Shown: positions 37,753 through 47,102 of the stretch, piece by piece
Position numbering within the stretch: position 1 is the stretch's first letter
Layout of the letters: each line of letters opens with the position of its first letter
Source of the DNA: Thermotogota bacterium
GTDB lineage: Bacteria; Thermotogota; Thermotogae; MWEM01
DNA: 64,000 bases
Reading direction: 5' to 3'
Assembly: GCA_035447925.1 (NCBI GenBank)
Contig: DAOTHY010000002.1
Location: forward strand, 40,248 to 104,247
The notes under the pieces: model-generated
Database searches by the model: none
Told to the model about the DNA's origin: nothing
The model's input: only the letters and a program-made list of their open reading frames with translations
Made by a program: the position numbers and the translations under genes

Positions 37753-39493
37753 CAAATTTTGGAGATTTTATTTGGGGGTACTATCTGTTTTGAAGCGAAA
37801 AGTCAATCTATTGATTGGAATTCTACTGTTCATTTCCGTGTTTGTTTTTTCTCAGGAACTGTATTTTATTCAATCTGATGGAAATTATACAAGATTTAGA
37901 GAGCCGGATATTTCTTTGGTAAGCGGTAAGTTGATGTTATCTGTGGATATACTGACTGATTTTAATGCAGGCGTTACCTCTTTTTCGGGGAGCAATAAAT
38001 TCTATATCATTAATAAGGAGTCTGGCGACACGTTGATCGTCGATCCGTACACAGGTATTTCATTAAACTTCCTTGAAAAATTCGACGGGTTAGTGATGAC
38101 GATTAATGATAAGGTATTTATCTCTGCGGATTGTGTTTTTCCTTTTTTGGGATTTACTTATATATCTAATGAAAGAGCCTATGTTTTTAAAGAAAACAGC
38201 ATGGTTCGTTTATTGAATGCTCAAATGAATCTAAGAACAGTAAGTTTTGAGTTTTCCTCACAGTTTTTTGATGTCAATTCAATGATAAAAGTAGATACTA
38301 AGGGAAATGAAGCCGATATTAAAATCTTTCCTGCAAATGCCGATGATGCAACTATCAGAGGAATTATTCTGAAAAACAACGATTTATTCTATTCTGAATT
38401 TAATATCCAGTTTAACGTTCCGGTTGACTATCGAATTGTAAAGGACGGAAAAACGGCAACCATCTATTTTTCTCATGTTGACCCTTATTTAGAAGAGATA
38501 GAAGTCTTGTCACAGGGAGTTCAATGGTACAGAAAAAAAGAAGTCTTTGAACAATCAACCTTAAAGGTCACTTATTTAGAAGTTGATCTGAAGGAAGCGG
38601 ACGTTAAGATTGTGCCTGAAATCTCTTTTGATGGAATGGGATCCAGGGATAAATTAAGCAACATGGTTAGAAAGAATTTTGCAATAGGTGGTGTAAATGC
38701 TTCTTATTTCGATCCTTCGACAAATTTCCCTGTGGGAGTATTAATTAAAGACGGTCAAATTGAATCGGAACCTTTTTATTATCCAAGACCTTTTTTTGTC
38801 AGAACGGATAAAAACACCTATCACATATTAGAGATCAATACGGAAATTCATCTAAGAGTGGGAGGATCTTTGTTCTTAGTAAAAGGTGTCAACAAATACA
38901 GTCAAAATGGTGATGTCATTGTCTATACAGACAATTTTAAGAAACTGATACCTCAGGATGCCAATCGTGAATATGTTGTTATTTCTGATGATAAAGTAAT
39001 CTCAAAGACATACACTCCAAAGGTTCCCAATGGCGGTAAAGTGATTGTCTTTAACCCAAAAGAGATCTCAAAATTCATTAAAATTGGAGACGCTTTTTCG
39101 ATGAATTTCATTGTTCCTGGATTTCAATATAAGATTTCCGATGCAGTTGAAGGCGGCCCGATGTTATTATCAGGTGGACAAAAGGTAGAAGACACGAGCA
39201 GCATTCGTGCAACTTATGGTCAAAAAATCATAGAAGGCCGTACACCGAGAACCGTTTTAGCTCTATCAAAAGATAAGGTAGTGTTTCTCGTCATTGACGG
39301 TTATCAAACAGCAAGTTCAGGCTTAACCTACGAGGAGTTAACTGATTTTCTTTTGAAAAAAGGGTATTCAGATGCCATGTGTTTTGATGGTGGCTCTTCG
39401 TCTGTAATGGCCATCGGATCCAGAATTGTTAATCAGCCTTCTTCTGGTGAACCAAATATTCCAGTAGGTATTTTAGTAGATAGAAATGACTAA
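37742..39493 (+). CDS. Secreted protein with C-terminal phosphodiester glycosidase (DUF2233 / NAGPA-like) domain
   Basis: Signal-peptide-like 'KRKVNLLIGILLFISVFVFSQ' (real start probably TTG ~37790). C-terminal 'FAIGGVNASYFD...PVGVLIKDGQ' and 'GPMLLSGGQ' match the DUF2233 pattern. Confidence 0.6.
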   Translation: MVFFKFWRFYLGVLSVLKRKVNLLIGILLFISVFVFSQELYFIQSDGNYTRFREPDISLVSGKLMLSVDILTDFNAGVTSFSGSNKFYIINKESGDTLIVDPYTGISLNFLEKFDGLVMTINDKVFISADCVFPFLGFTYISNERAYVFKENSMVRLLNAQMNLRTVSFEFSSQFFDVNSMIKVDTKGNEADIKIFPANADDATIRGIILKNNDLFYSEFNIQFNVPVDYRIVKDGKTATIYFSHVDPYLEEIEVLSQGVQWYRKKEVFEQSTLKVTYLEVDLKEADVKIVPEISFDGMGSRDKLSNMVRKNFAIGGVNASYFDPSTNFPVGVLIKDGQIESEPFYYPRPFFVRTDKNTYHILEINTEIHLRVGGSLFLVKGVNKYSQNGDVIVYTDNFKKLIPQDANREYVVISDDKVISKTYTPKVPNGGKVIVFNPKEISKFIKIGDAFSMNFIVPGFQYKISDAVEGGPMLLSGGQKVEDTSSIRATYGQKIIEGRTPRTVLALSKDKVVFLVIDGYQTASSGLTYEELTDFLLKKGYSDAMCFDGGSSSVMAIGSRIVNQPSSGEPNIPVGILVDRND

Positions 39494-39552
39494 TTCTTAA
39501 ACTCAAATAGATTATGCGGAGATATTAAACGTTCCGTTTGGAGGTGCATTTT

Positions 39553-41625
39553 GTGGCAGTAAAAGTAGAAAACAGAAGAACCATTGCTTTTATCGGGCAT
39601 AACGGTTCTGGAAAAAGTACCATCATTGAGGCTATGCTGAAGTTAGCGGGCAAAATCAGTGAAATGGGTACAACAATGAATTACGATCCGTTAGAAAAAG
39701 AGAAAAACACCACCCTTTCAGTGGGTTTTGGAACATTCGAAAAAGATGGATACGAGTTCATAGCAATGGATACACCTGGATTTGGTGATTTTTTAAGCGA
39801 AGTAATTTCAGCTCTTTTTGCAGCTGAGAATGTCGTTTCAGTAATCAATGCCACTTCCGGTATTGAAGTCCAAACTGAAAGAACTTGGAAACAAGCTGAA
39901 ACATTGGACAAACCACTAATGATTTTCATCAATCAAATGGACAAGGAGAGAGCTGATTTTAATCAGAATTTGGAAGATTTAAAAGCCAAATTCGATAAGA
40001 ATATCGTACCTGTCTATCTTCCCATTGGCAAAGAAGATCAGTTCAAAGGGATCGTTGATCTTTTAAACAATTGTGCATATCTATATGCAACAGATGGTAG
40101 CGGAAAAAGCGAAAAAGCAACTATTCCTGAAGACATGAAAGATCAGATTGAAGAACTGAGGATGGCTTTAGTTGAAGACATCGTTGAAACAGATGATGAT
40201 TTGATGGAAAAATATCTAGGAGGAGAAGAAATAGACGGGCCAACCCTTGCAAAAGCAATGAAAAATGCATATGCTCAAGGACAATTGGTACCAGTCTGCT
40301 GCGGTTCAGCAACGAAAAACATCGGTATTGATCTTTTTGAAGAACTGATAAAATCAATCGGAACAAGCCCATTACAAAGAAAGCCTATGGCAACAAAGAT
40401 GGCAGATGGCGAAAATGACTTTGAATTAGTGATGGAAGAAGATGCGCCTTTTGTAGGATATATTTTCAAAGCGGCTGTTGATCCATTTATTGGAAAGCAA
40501 TCGTTTGTAAAAGTCCTTGCTGGGGAAATTTCAAACGGTAATGCGATTGTCAACGTCAATAAAGGCTCTAATGAAAAAGCATCCCATATTTATCATGTTA
40601 CAGGAAAGGATCAGGAAGAAGTGGAAAAAGCAACAGTAGGAGATATTGTGAGTATTCCTAAACTGAAAGAAAGCGAAGTTGGGGACACCCTTTGTAATCC
40701 TTCCAGAAAACTAATGGTTGAGCAACCTGTCTATCCGGAACCGATGTTAACCAAATCTGTACATCCCAAGTCAAAAGGAGATATTGACAAAATATCAAAT
40801 GGGTTATCAAAACTTTCCGAATCAGATCCTACTTTCACTTGGGAACATGACCCAGAAACCAACGATACGGTTATTTCCGGTATGGGAACCTCTCATTTAA
40901 ACGTCATGATTGAAAGACTTAAAAAGTTATTTAAAGTCGATATAGATGTAGGACAACCCAAGATTCCTTATAAAGAAACGATCAAAGGGAACTCTGATGT
41001 AGAATACAAGCATAAAAAGCAATCCGGTGGACATGGTCAATACGGACATGTTAAAATCAGGCTCTCACCATTAGAAAGAGGAAAAGGGTTTGAGTTTGCT
41101 CAAACGATCTTTGGCGGTTCGGTTCCAAACAACTACATCCCTTCTGTTGAAAAGGGAGTTGTGGAATCCATGAAAAAGGGAATTCTTGCCTCATATCCAG
41201 TTGTTGATATTAAGGTTGAGTTGTATGATGGTTCTTATCACGATGTAGACTCTTCCGATATGGCTTTCCAAATTGCAGCAAGACAAGCTTTTAAAAAGGG
41301 CATGCAAGAAGCGAAACCCGTACTCCTTGAACCCGTTATGGACGTTGAAGTACACACTCCGGACGAAAATTCGGGAGATGTAATGGGCGAAATAACTTCC
41401 AGAAGAGGAAGACCAATGGGAATGGAAGCTGGTTCAAAAGGGTTCCAGGTTGTAAAAGCAACCGTTCCATATTCTGAAATGTTGGATTTTTCAAATCAAC
41501 TAAGTTCAATTACCAGCGGTAAAGGCTTTTTTACCATGCAATTTGCCCATTATGCCGAAGTTCCTTCCAATGAGCAGGACAAAATCATAGCCGAAAGAAA
41601 AAGGGAACTGGAAGAACAGGAATAG
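39553..41625 (+). CDS. Elongation factor G-like translational GTPase (EF-G paralogue)
   Basis: G1 'GHNGSGKST', G3 'DTPG', all five EF-G domains by length (~690 aa) including the domain IV/V region. GTG 39553 with GGAGGTG 6 nt upstream. Confidence 0.85.
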   Translation: MAVKVENRRTIAFIGHNGSGKSTIIEAMLKLAGKISEMGTTMNYDPLEKEKNTTLSVGFGTFEKDGYEFIAMDTPGFGDFLSEVISALFAAENVVSVINATSGIEVQTERTWKQAETLDKPLMIFINQMDKERADFNQNLEDLKAKFDKNIVPVYLPIGKEDQFKGIVDLLNNCAYLYATDGSGKSEKATIPEDMKDQIEELRMALVEDIVETDDDLMEKYLGGEEIDGPTLAKAMKNAYAQGQLVPVCCGSATKNIGIDLFEELIKSIGTSPLQRKPMATKMADGENDFELVMEEDAPFVGYIFKAAVDPFIGKQSFVKVLAGEISNGNAIVNVNKGSNEKASHIYHVTGKDQEEVEKATVGDIVSIPKLKESEVGDTLCNPSRKLMVEQPVYPEPMLTKSVHPKSKGDIDKISNGLSKLSESDPTFTWEHDPETNDTVISGMGTSHLNVMIERLKKLFKVDIDVGQPKIPYKETIKGNSDVEYKHKKQSGGHGQYGHVKIRLSPLERGKGFEFAQTIFGGSVPNNYIPSVEKGVVESMKKGILASYPVVDIKVELYDGSYHDVDSSDMAFQIAARQAFKKGMQEAKPVLLEPVMDVEVHTPDENSGDVMGEITSRRGRPMGMEAGSKGFQVVKATVPYSEMLDFSNQLSSITSGKGFFTMQFAHYAEVPSNEQDKIIAERKRELEEQE

Positions 41626-41695
41626 TGATTTGGATAATCAAAAATCCGGAGAATGTCTCTCCGGATTTTCTTTGTTCAAAAAGAAAGCGAGAATA

Positions 41696-44230
41696 ATGAT
41701 AAAAACAAATCGGTTCAAAAAAAATTTATTACTAATCATCATTCTAATTACCGTGATATTACCCATCATTTGCATCGCACAAGCAAATGACTTAGTCCCA
41801 GGACCCGGAGAAGTTGAAGTACAAATATCAGCCGGATCAGTTGTGTTTTCGGGTAAAAATGACATGGTTGTTTTTTCAGATGGTGTAGAAGTCAAATATG
41901 AAGATATCATCATTCGAGCACCAAAAATTACTGCCTATCTTAAAAATGAAGACACGGTCGAGTATTTCTTTGCCGAATCATCCGACACAACTCCCGTATA
42001 CCTTATTAAAGCTAAAGAACAATTTACATCCAAAAGTCTAAAAGCTTATGTTGAAAAAAAGGCTTATTTTCTCTATGAGCTTAGAGGAACGTATCAGGCT
42101 AAAAATGCAAAGGGTTCTAACCAAGCAATTATTTTAGCTGCAGATAAAAGCAGGAGTAAATCCTTTGATGAGGTCAATGTCACAGAAGCGCATCAAGGGT
42201 ATCTGACCACATGTAATGAGGAAAAACCTCATTATCGCTTTCAAGCTAATTATATCGTCGTTAAAGAAAGTAATGAAATCATCGCTTATGATTTACTGAT
42301 GTATATATATGATATTCCTATTTTGCCTTATCCAGTTTATTTTTCATCTCTTGAAAGAAAAGCTCAACCGGTTGAATCTTCTTTCACGTATACCGGTGCA
42401 GCAGGTGTACAAACCCATTTAAGATTTAATTATTATTCCAAGGGAGACGAAATCGGAGCTGTTTTTTACGATACAGTCGGGGATGGAGATGCAAAGGGAA
42501 ATACCATTGGTGCAGAGAACAAATTCACCTTGCCTGATGGAAAAACAAGTGTTTATTTTTACGGCTTGCAAAAAGCTAAAGAGGATTTTTCAAACCGTTC
42601 AAACGAATTAAAATTTCAAATAGCACATAAATGGGATGACCAGCTTGAAACACTTCTTTACTTCAATAACAAAATGAGCATCAGTAATGATGAAACCGTC
42701 AGCAGAAATACCAATTATGGCATCAGTGTGAAAGGCAAAGTAAATAACGCTCCATTTACGTTTAGCATGAGTGAAAGTGAAGTAAGATCTCGAACAAAGA
42801 ACACGAATGTCATCACTTTACCATCCTTTGCTGTTTCCAAAATGGGATTCAAGTTCTTTCCGGAAGTTTTTCCAGTTGCTGTTAATTTTAAAGATCTCAA
42901 ATTCAATGCTGTCAACACGTCCGATGCATCTGTCTCACTGATGGATAAATTATCTGAACTCAGTTATAATGGTCAATACGGTCTTTCATCTGTATTGCCT
43001 GAAATTATCATCCGAGATGTGAAATTGGTAAATGGATTGACAACTGATATGGATTATTCCTTTAAATATCAGAACAAATATACAGATGATTTTAAAATAG
43101 ATAACACGTTTACATTACCCAAGATAGGTTTTGACTGGGGTAGTTATTTTGGACTTCACACCCAATACACGATGCGAGCTGGTTTATTGCAGGATTACCA
43201 AGACGAAAAAGCCTACCGGTATTCAGAAAATGTACTCACTGATCTGAACTTCAACCTATTCTTCTGGAAAAACACCATTGTTCATGATTATGTTTTCTTG
43301 AAATCTGATGGAAATACCTCTCGTTTTAACTACAACAAAGAAAAAAACCTATTAAGTTTAACTTCCAGTCTTGATCTTTCACTTTTGTCATCCAAAGTCA
43401 TTTTCAAAACATCCTATGATTTCCTGAAAGATGAACAAAAACTGTCTAATCCACAACTGATAACCAACACAGATTTTTCCCTAATCTCTACAAGGTTCAA
43501 ATTAGACACGGTAAGCATAATTGATGCCAGTGATACAAAGTTTTTATCTACCGATTATGGTTTTGGAATTAGCAACAATTTATTCCATAACAAACTTGAT
43601 TTTGTGTATTTATACGATCAGGATGTCAACATCAGAAAGTTGACGGACTCTTTTGGCTTTTCATTCGGACCCATCAACATCTTCAAAAAGATTACAACAG
43701 ATTTTGAACTCTTATTTACATATCATGAAGAAGATGACGGACTAGGATTGGATAAATTAACCAATAAAAACACAGTGTCTTTAGGCAAAATAGGATTCAT
43801 TGACAGTCTTGCTAACACGCTGGATATACAAATCCTTCCACGAGAAAAAGAAAACGATCAAAAAGTCAATTATGTTAGGAATTCTACCAGCATCAAGTTT
43901 GATCAAACAACACTTGGATTAGACGCAAAATACTCCAGGACAAAAAAACTTGATTTGGCTTTTTCCGGGGCTTTTGAGAAATTAAAAGTAAATTTTGGAA
44001 CCCGTTACGATTTGGAAGCTAAGCAGATTGAAAGTCTCAGTCTTTCATTGGTAAAAGATCTGCACTGTTGGCAAAATCAAACCACAGTCGAATTTGCTTT
44101 AAAAGATCAAGACGGCACAAAAAAACTTACTTTACAAAAATTTACTACCAGTTTTTCAATCAAGCAATTCCCGGAGAAATTTGTGAAAGTGGAGCCATTA
44201 AAGAAAGAATTCGATCTTGCAATCTTTTAA
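41696..44230 (+). CDS. lptD: LPS-assembly outer membrane protein LptD (OstA) homologue
   Basis: Signal peptide (MIKTNRFKKNLLLIIILITVILPIICIAQA), N-terminal OstA/LptA-like jellyroll, 'YLTTCNEEKPHYRFQANYIVV' (LptD TTC...P.W motif region), long beta-barrel with C-terminal Phe (…DLAIF). Confidence 0.75.
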   Translation: MIKTNRFKKNLLLIIILITVILPIICIAQANDLVPGPGEVEVQISAGSVVFSGKNDMVVFSDGVEVKYEDIIIRAPKITAYLKNEDTVEYFFAESSDTTPVYLIKAKEQFTSKSLKAYVEKKAYFLYELRGTYQAKNAKGSNQAIILAADKSRSKSFDEVNVTEAHQGYLTTCNEEKPHYRFQANYIVVKESNEIIAYDLLMYIYDIPILPYPVYFSSLERKAQPVESSFTYTGAAGVQTHLRFNYYSKGDEIGAVFYDTVGDGDAKGNTIGAENKFTLPDGKTSVYFYGLQKAKEDFSNRSNELKFQIAHKWDDQLETLLYFNNKMSISNDETVSRNTNYGISVKGKVNNAPFTFSMSESEVRSRTKNTNVITLPSFAVSKMGFKFFPEVFPVAVNFKDLKFNAVNTSDASVSLMDKLSELSYNGQYGLSSVLPEIIIRDVKLVNGLTTDMDYSFKYQNKYTDDFKIDNTFTLPKIGFDWGSYFGLHTQYTMRAGLLQDYQDEKAYRYSENVLTDLNFNLFFWKNTIVHDYVFLKSDGNTSRFNYNKEKNLLSLTSSLDLSLLSSKVIFKTSYDFLKDEQKLSNPQLITNTDFSLISTRFKLDTVSIIDASDTKFLSTDYGFGISNNLFHNKLDFVYLYDQDVNIRKLTDSFGFSFGPINIFKKITTDFELLFTYHEEDDGLGLDKLTNKNTVSLGKIGFIDSLANTLDIQILPREKENDQKVNYVRNSTSIKFDQTTLGLDAKYSRTKKLDLAFSGAFEKLKVNFGTRYDLEAKQIESLSLSLVKDLHCWQNQTTVEFALKDQDGTKKLTLQKFTTSFSIKQFPEKFVKVEPLKKEFDLAIF

Positions 44231-44234
44231 AAGA

Positions 44235-45530
44235 CTATCCTAATATTTCAATCACTTTTTCAGGAGAAATCCGCAATAACGCCCTTGCTGCATTAATGGT
44301 TATGTCATGGTCTTCATACTCATTCAAAATTATCTTCTCCAAAACTTCAGCAGCATCTACCAGCTTCAGGCGAGAAGCAATCATCATTGCCTCTTTCCTA
44401 ACCGCATCATCTTCCAGGTGGTTTTGGATAGAGGAGATAACATAGGGATAAGCATCTTCCATTTTGAGTCGCCCAATCGCTTTGATTGACGCCTTTCTAA
44501 CTTGTTTGCTGTAATCATTCATCAATCCGTCAATTAATTCTACCAAATGATAGTCCAACATCTTTGTCATGGCTGCTACACAAGCAGCTCTTACTTTATC
44601 ATCCGGATCATTATAAAATGATCTGATAGTGGGAACGGTTGACGTTTCATTTAACTTGGAAAATCCCTTTAAGACTTGAACTCTCATAAGTGCTGATTCA
44701 CTTTTTGAAAAAGATTCAAGCATTTGAATAACCTTAGCGGGTGATTCAGTGTTCAAACTGACATAGGGAACAATCAATTTGATCAGCAGAACCGGATTTT
44801 GTACTTCTTCAACTTGATGATTGATGATTTTTTCAGCCTCGTCGATTGGTAATTCTTTAATCAATCCGAGCAAGGAACACCTTTCTTTCTCAGAAAACTG
44901 CATAGTGTCATTAATGTACTCGTTGATTTTTCCAAAACAGAAAGCTGCATCGTAGGGTAAAAGCTTTTTAATGGCAGTCCTTCGTAATTTAAAATCATCT
45001 GAATCGTTGATCACTCGTTTTAGGAAGTTGGGGTCATTAGAGCGATTGGTTTTAATCGTCCAAGCCAAGCCTTGGACTTTGGGATTCAGATCGTCAATCA
45101 GCTGTTCCAACCGTTCGTCTTCAATTTCATCTTCCAATGTTTTTAACGTGACATATCTGATTTTTGGTGAATGATTATCCAAAAAAGGTTTGATGTCGTA
45201 TTCTGAACTCAACCAAAAGATCGTTTGAATGACTTCTTCTATCACTTTTTCATCTGGATCTTTTAACAATGGTAACAGTTGTTGATAATCTTCTGTCAGG
45301 CCATTTTCTTTGAAATATTTGACAACAGATTTTCTGACTGACGGATTGGGATCAACCAGCAGATGATCAACTTTTTTGGAGTTGATTTCTAGTTTCATTA
45401 ATCCTTGAACAGCCTGTATTCTAACTGATGGACTCATCGATGTCAATAAGTCTTCGTACTGAACGGAATATTTTGCCAATCTTTTTTGTTCAAATAGTGA
45501 AACAAGTTCTTTTGCTGTTTTGTAAGACAT
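44235..45530 (-). CDS. HEAT/PBS-lyase-like repeat protein
   Basis: Repeated ~30-aa 'D.D..VR..A..AL' HEAT-like units throughout. Last gene of the minus-strand operon, 4 nt from the convergent lptD stop. Confidence 0.6.
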   Translation of the reverse strand: MSYKTAKELVSLFEQKRLAKYSVQYEDLLTSMSPSVRIQAVQGLMKLEINSKKVDHLLVDPNPSVRKSVVKYFKENGLTEDYQQLLPLLKDPDEKVIEEVIQTIFWLSSEYDIKPFLDNHSPKIRYVTLKTLEDEIEDERLEQLIDDLNPKVQGLAWTIKTNRSNDPNFLKRVINDSDDFKLRRTAIKKLLPYDAAFCFGKINEYINDTMQFSEKERCSLLGLIKELPIDEAEKIINHQVEEVQNPVLLIKLIVPYVSLNTESPAKVIQMLESFSKSESALMRVQVLKGFSKLNETSTVPTIRSFYNDPDDKVRAACVAAMTKMLDYHLVELIDGLMNDYSKQVRKASIKAIGRLKMEDAYPYVISSIQNHLEDDAVRKEAMMIASRLKLVDAAEVLEKIILNEYEDHDITINAARALLRISPEKVIEILG

Positions 45531-45555
45531 ATATTCTCCTTTAGTATCAACTTTG

Positions 45556-46695
45556 CTATGTGTAATTACGAGATTGATCGTTCAAAGCACTTAAAAAAAA
45601 GCCGAATCCTCCTAAAAACGCCATCATAGAACTGCCTCCATAACTAACAAATGGTAAGGTAACCCCAGTGGGTGGCAATAATCCGAAGACAACTCCTACA
45701 TTAATCACAACCTGGAGTAAAATCAAATAGGCATACCCGATGACAAAAACCTTGGCTGCCATATTATAAATGCCATGAATGGCTGCTTTAATTAAATTCC
45801 GGCACATAAAATAGTAAAGAAAAAGAAAAACGGCCATTCCTACAAAGCCCAATTCTTCACCTAAAATGGCAAAAATAAAATCAGTAAACTGAACAGGAAT
45901 GATAAATTTATAATTTCCCATTCCTAATCCTTCTCCCAGAAAACCTCCTGATGAAATGGCTTGTAAACTTACATCCACTTGACCCTCTTCTGCAACCTTC
46001 TGAGTGATGCCAAGAAATTCTTGAATTCTACCAAGTTGATAGGGCTTTAGAAGGTTTAATTGAAAAAGCATGACAACGCCGATGATGCACATAATGGCAA
46101 TCAATACAAAGTATGAGAATCTTAGACCGCTGATGTATAAAACAATCAACCCGATTAAAAAGATAATCAATGAACTGCTGAGGTCTGGCTCAGCAGCAAC
46201 GAGAAATGTAATCATCATGATCCATCCCAAAGGAATGATCAGTTGTTCCAAAATCCCTATATGCTTTGTGTCATCTTCTTTGAAAAAATAAGAAGCAAGA
46301 AAAAGCACCAAAAAGACCTTGGCAAACTCTGATGGCTGAAGATTCATCACGCCAAAATCAATCCACCGACTACTACCTCCTTGCGGGGCAAAAACAAAAA
46401 CTGCCAATAACAGAAAGACTAAGCCGACCATATAGAACGGAGTTAACTTGATATGCTTTTGGAAGGGGATCAAAGCGATGATGAACATGAATATCAATCC
46501 TACAACGATATTGACAATTTGTCGAATTAAGTAATAATCAAAATCCATCTCAGGGTACTTGTAGTATATTACATAACTGGCGCTATATAGAACAACAATC
46601 CCAATGACCATAATCAATGAGAGCAGATAGATAATTCCTTTATAATTAACCTTTTGAATATTATTTTTCTCTAGGCTTCTATTTTCTTGTTGCAA
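45556..46695 (-). CDS. ftsW: SEDS-family peptidoglycan glycosyltransferase (FtsW/RodA/SpoVE)
   Basis: 10-TM SEDS topology, 'ASRWIDFGVMNLQPSEFAK' and 'LPPTGVTLPFVSYGGSSM' signature segments. Confidence 0.85.
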   Translation of the reverse strand: MQQENRSLEKNNIQKVNYKGIIYLLSLIMVIGIVVLYSASYVIYYKYPEMDFDYYLIRQIVNIVVGLIFMFIIALIPFQKHIKLTPFYMVGLVFLLLAVFVFAPQGGSSRWIDFGVMNLQPSEFAKVFLVLFLASYFFKEDDTKHIGILEQLIIPLGWIMMITFLVAAEPDLSSSLIIFLIGLIVLYISGLRFSYFVLIAIMCIIGVVMLFQLNLLKPYQLGRIQEFLGITQKVAEEGQVDVSLQAISSGGFLGEGLGMGNYKFIIPVQFTDFIFAILGEELGFVGMAVFLFLYYFMCRNLIKAAIHGIYNMAAKVFVIGYAYLILLQVVINVGVVFGLLPPTGVTLPFVSYGGSSMMAFLGGFGFFLSALNDQSRNYT

Positions 46696-47102
46696 TGATA
46701 TTCCAATACCTTTCTTATAATGGAAAAATAGTCTTCTAAATGATTACTTAGAAAGAATAAATTTGAATCCACCCTTTTACAATCAGTAGCACCAAAACCA
46801 TAAATGGTTTGGTAAAACGTTGATAAAAACATGGATATTTCTTCTTCCGCCCTCATTTCGCTAGGCAAAGCTAATGTGGAAATCACTTTACCTTTTTCAA
46901 GAAGTTGATCAATATGCCAATGTTTTTTGTAACCCCCCTCTTGAAAGGAAATATGCCTGTTGATCCGCTGTCTTAGATTCTTCATTGCAGATCCAACATA
47001 AGTATATAATCCGTTTTGTATATGGCATCTGTTGCCGGATATCGTAATTTCAATATCCTCTGGTATTTCAATAAAGAGTAAATAACTACCCTTATTCATC
47101 AT
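46671..47102 (-). CDS. GIY-YIG nuclease-like small protein (DUF123 family)
   Basis: 'GLYTYVGSAMKNLRQRINRH' = GIY-YIG core (Y..Y.G.....R...H). Overlaps the glyS 3' end (11 nt) and ftsW 5' end (25 nt). Confidence 0.6.
   Translation of the reverse strand: MMNKGSYLLFIEIPEDIEITISGNRCHIQNGLYTYVGSAMKNLRQRINRHISFQEGGYKKHWHIDQLLEKGKVISTLALPSEMRAEEEISMFLSTFYQTIYGFGATDCKRVDSNLFFLSNHLEDYFSIIRKVLEYHCNKKIEA

Noticed and set aside
44224-44237. Palindrome CTTTTAAAAG spanning the convergent lptD and HEAT-protein stop codons
   Set aside because: A 10-nt A/T palindrome formed by two abutting stop codons is too short and too weak to be a terminator. It is likely coincidental.
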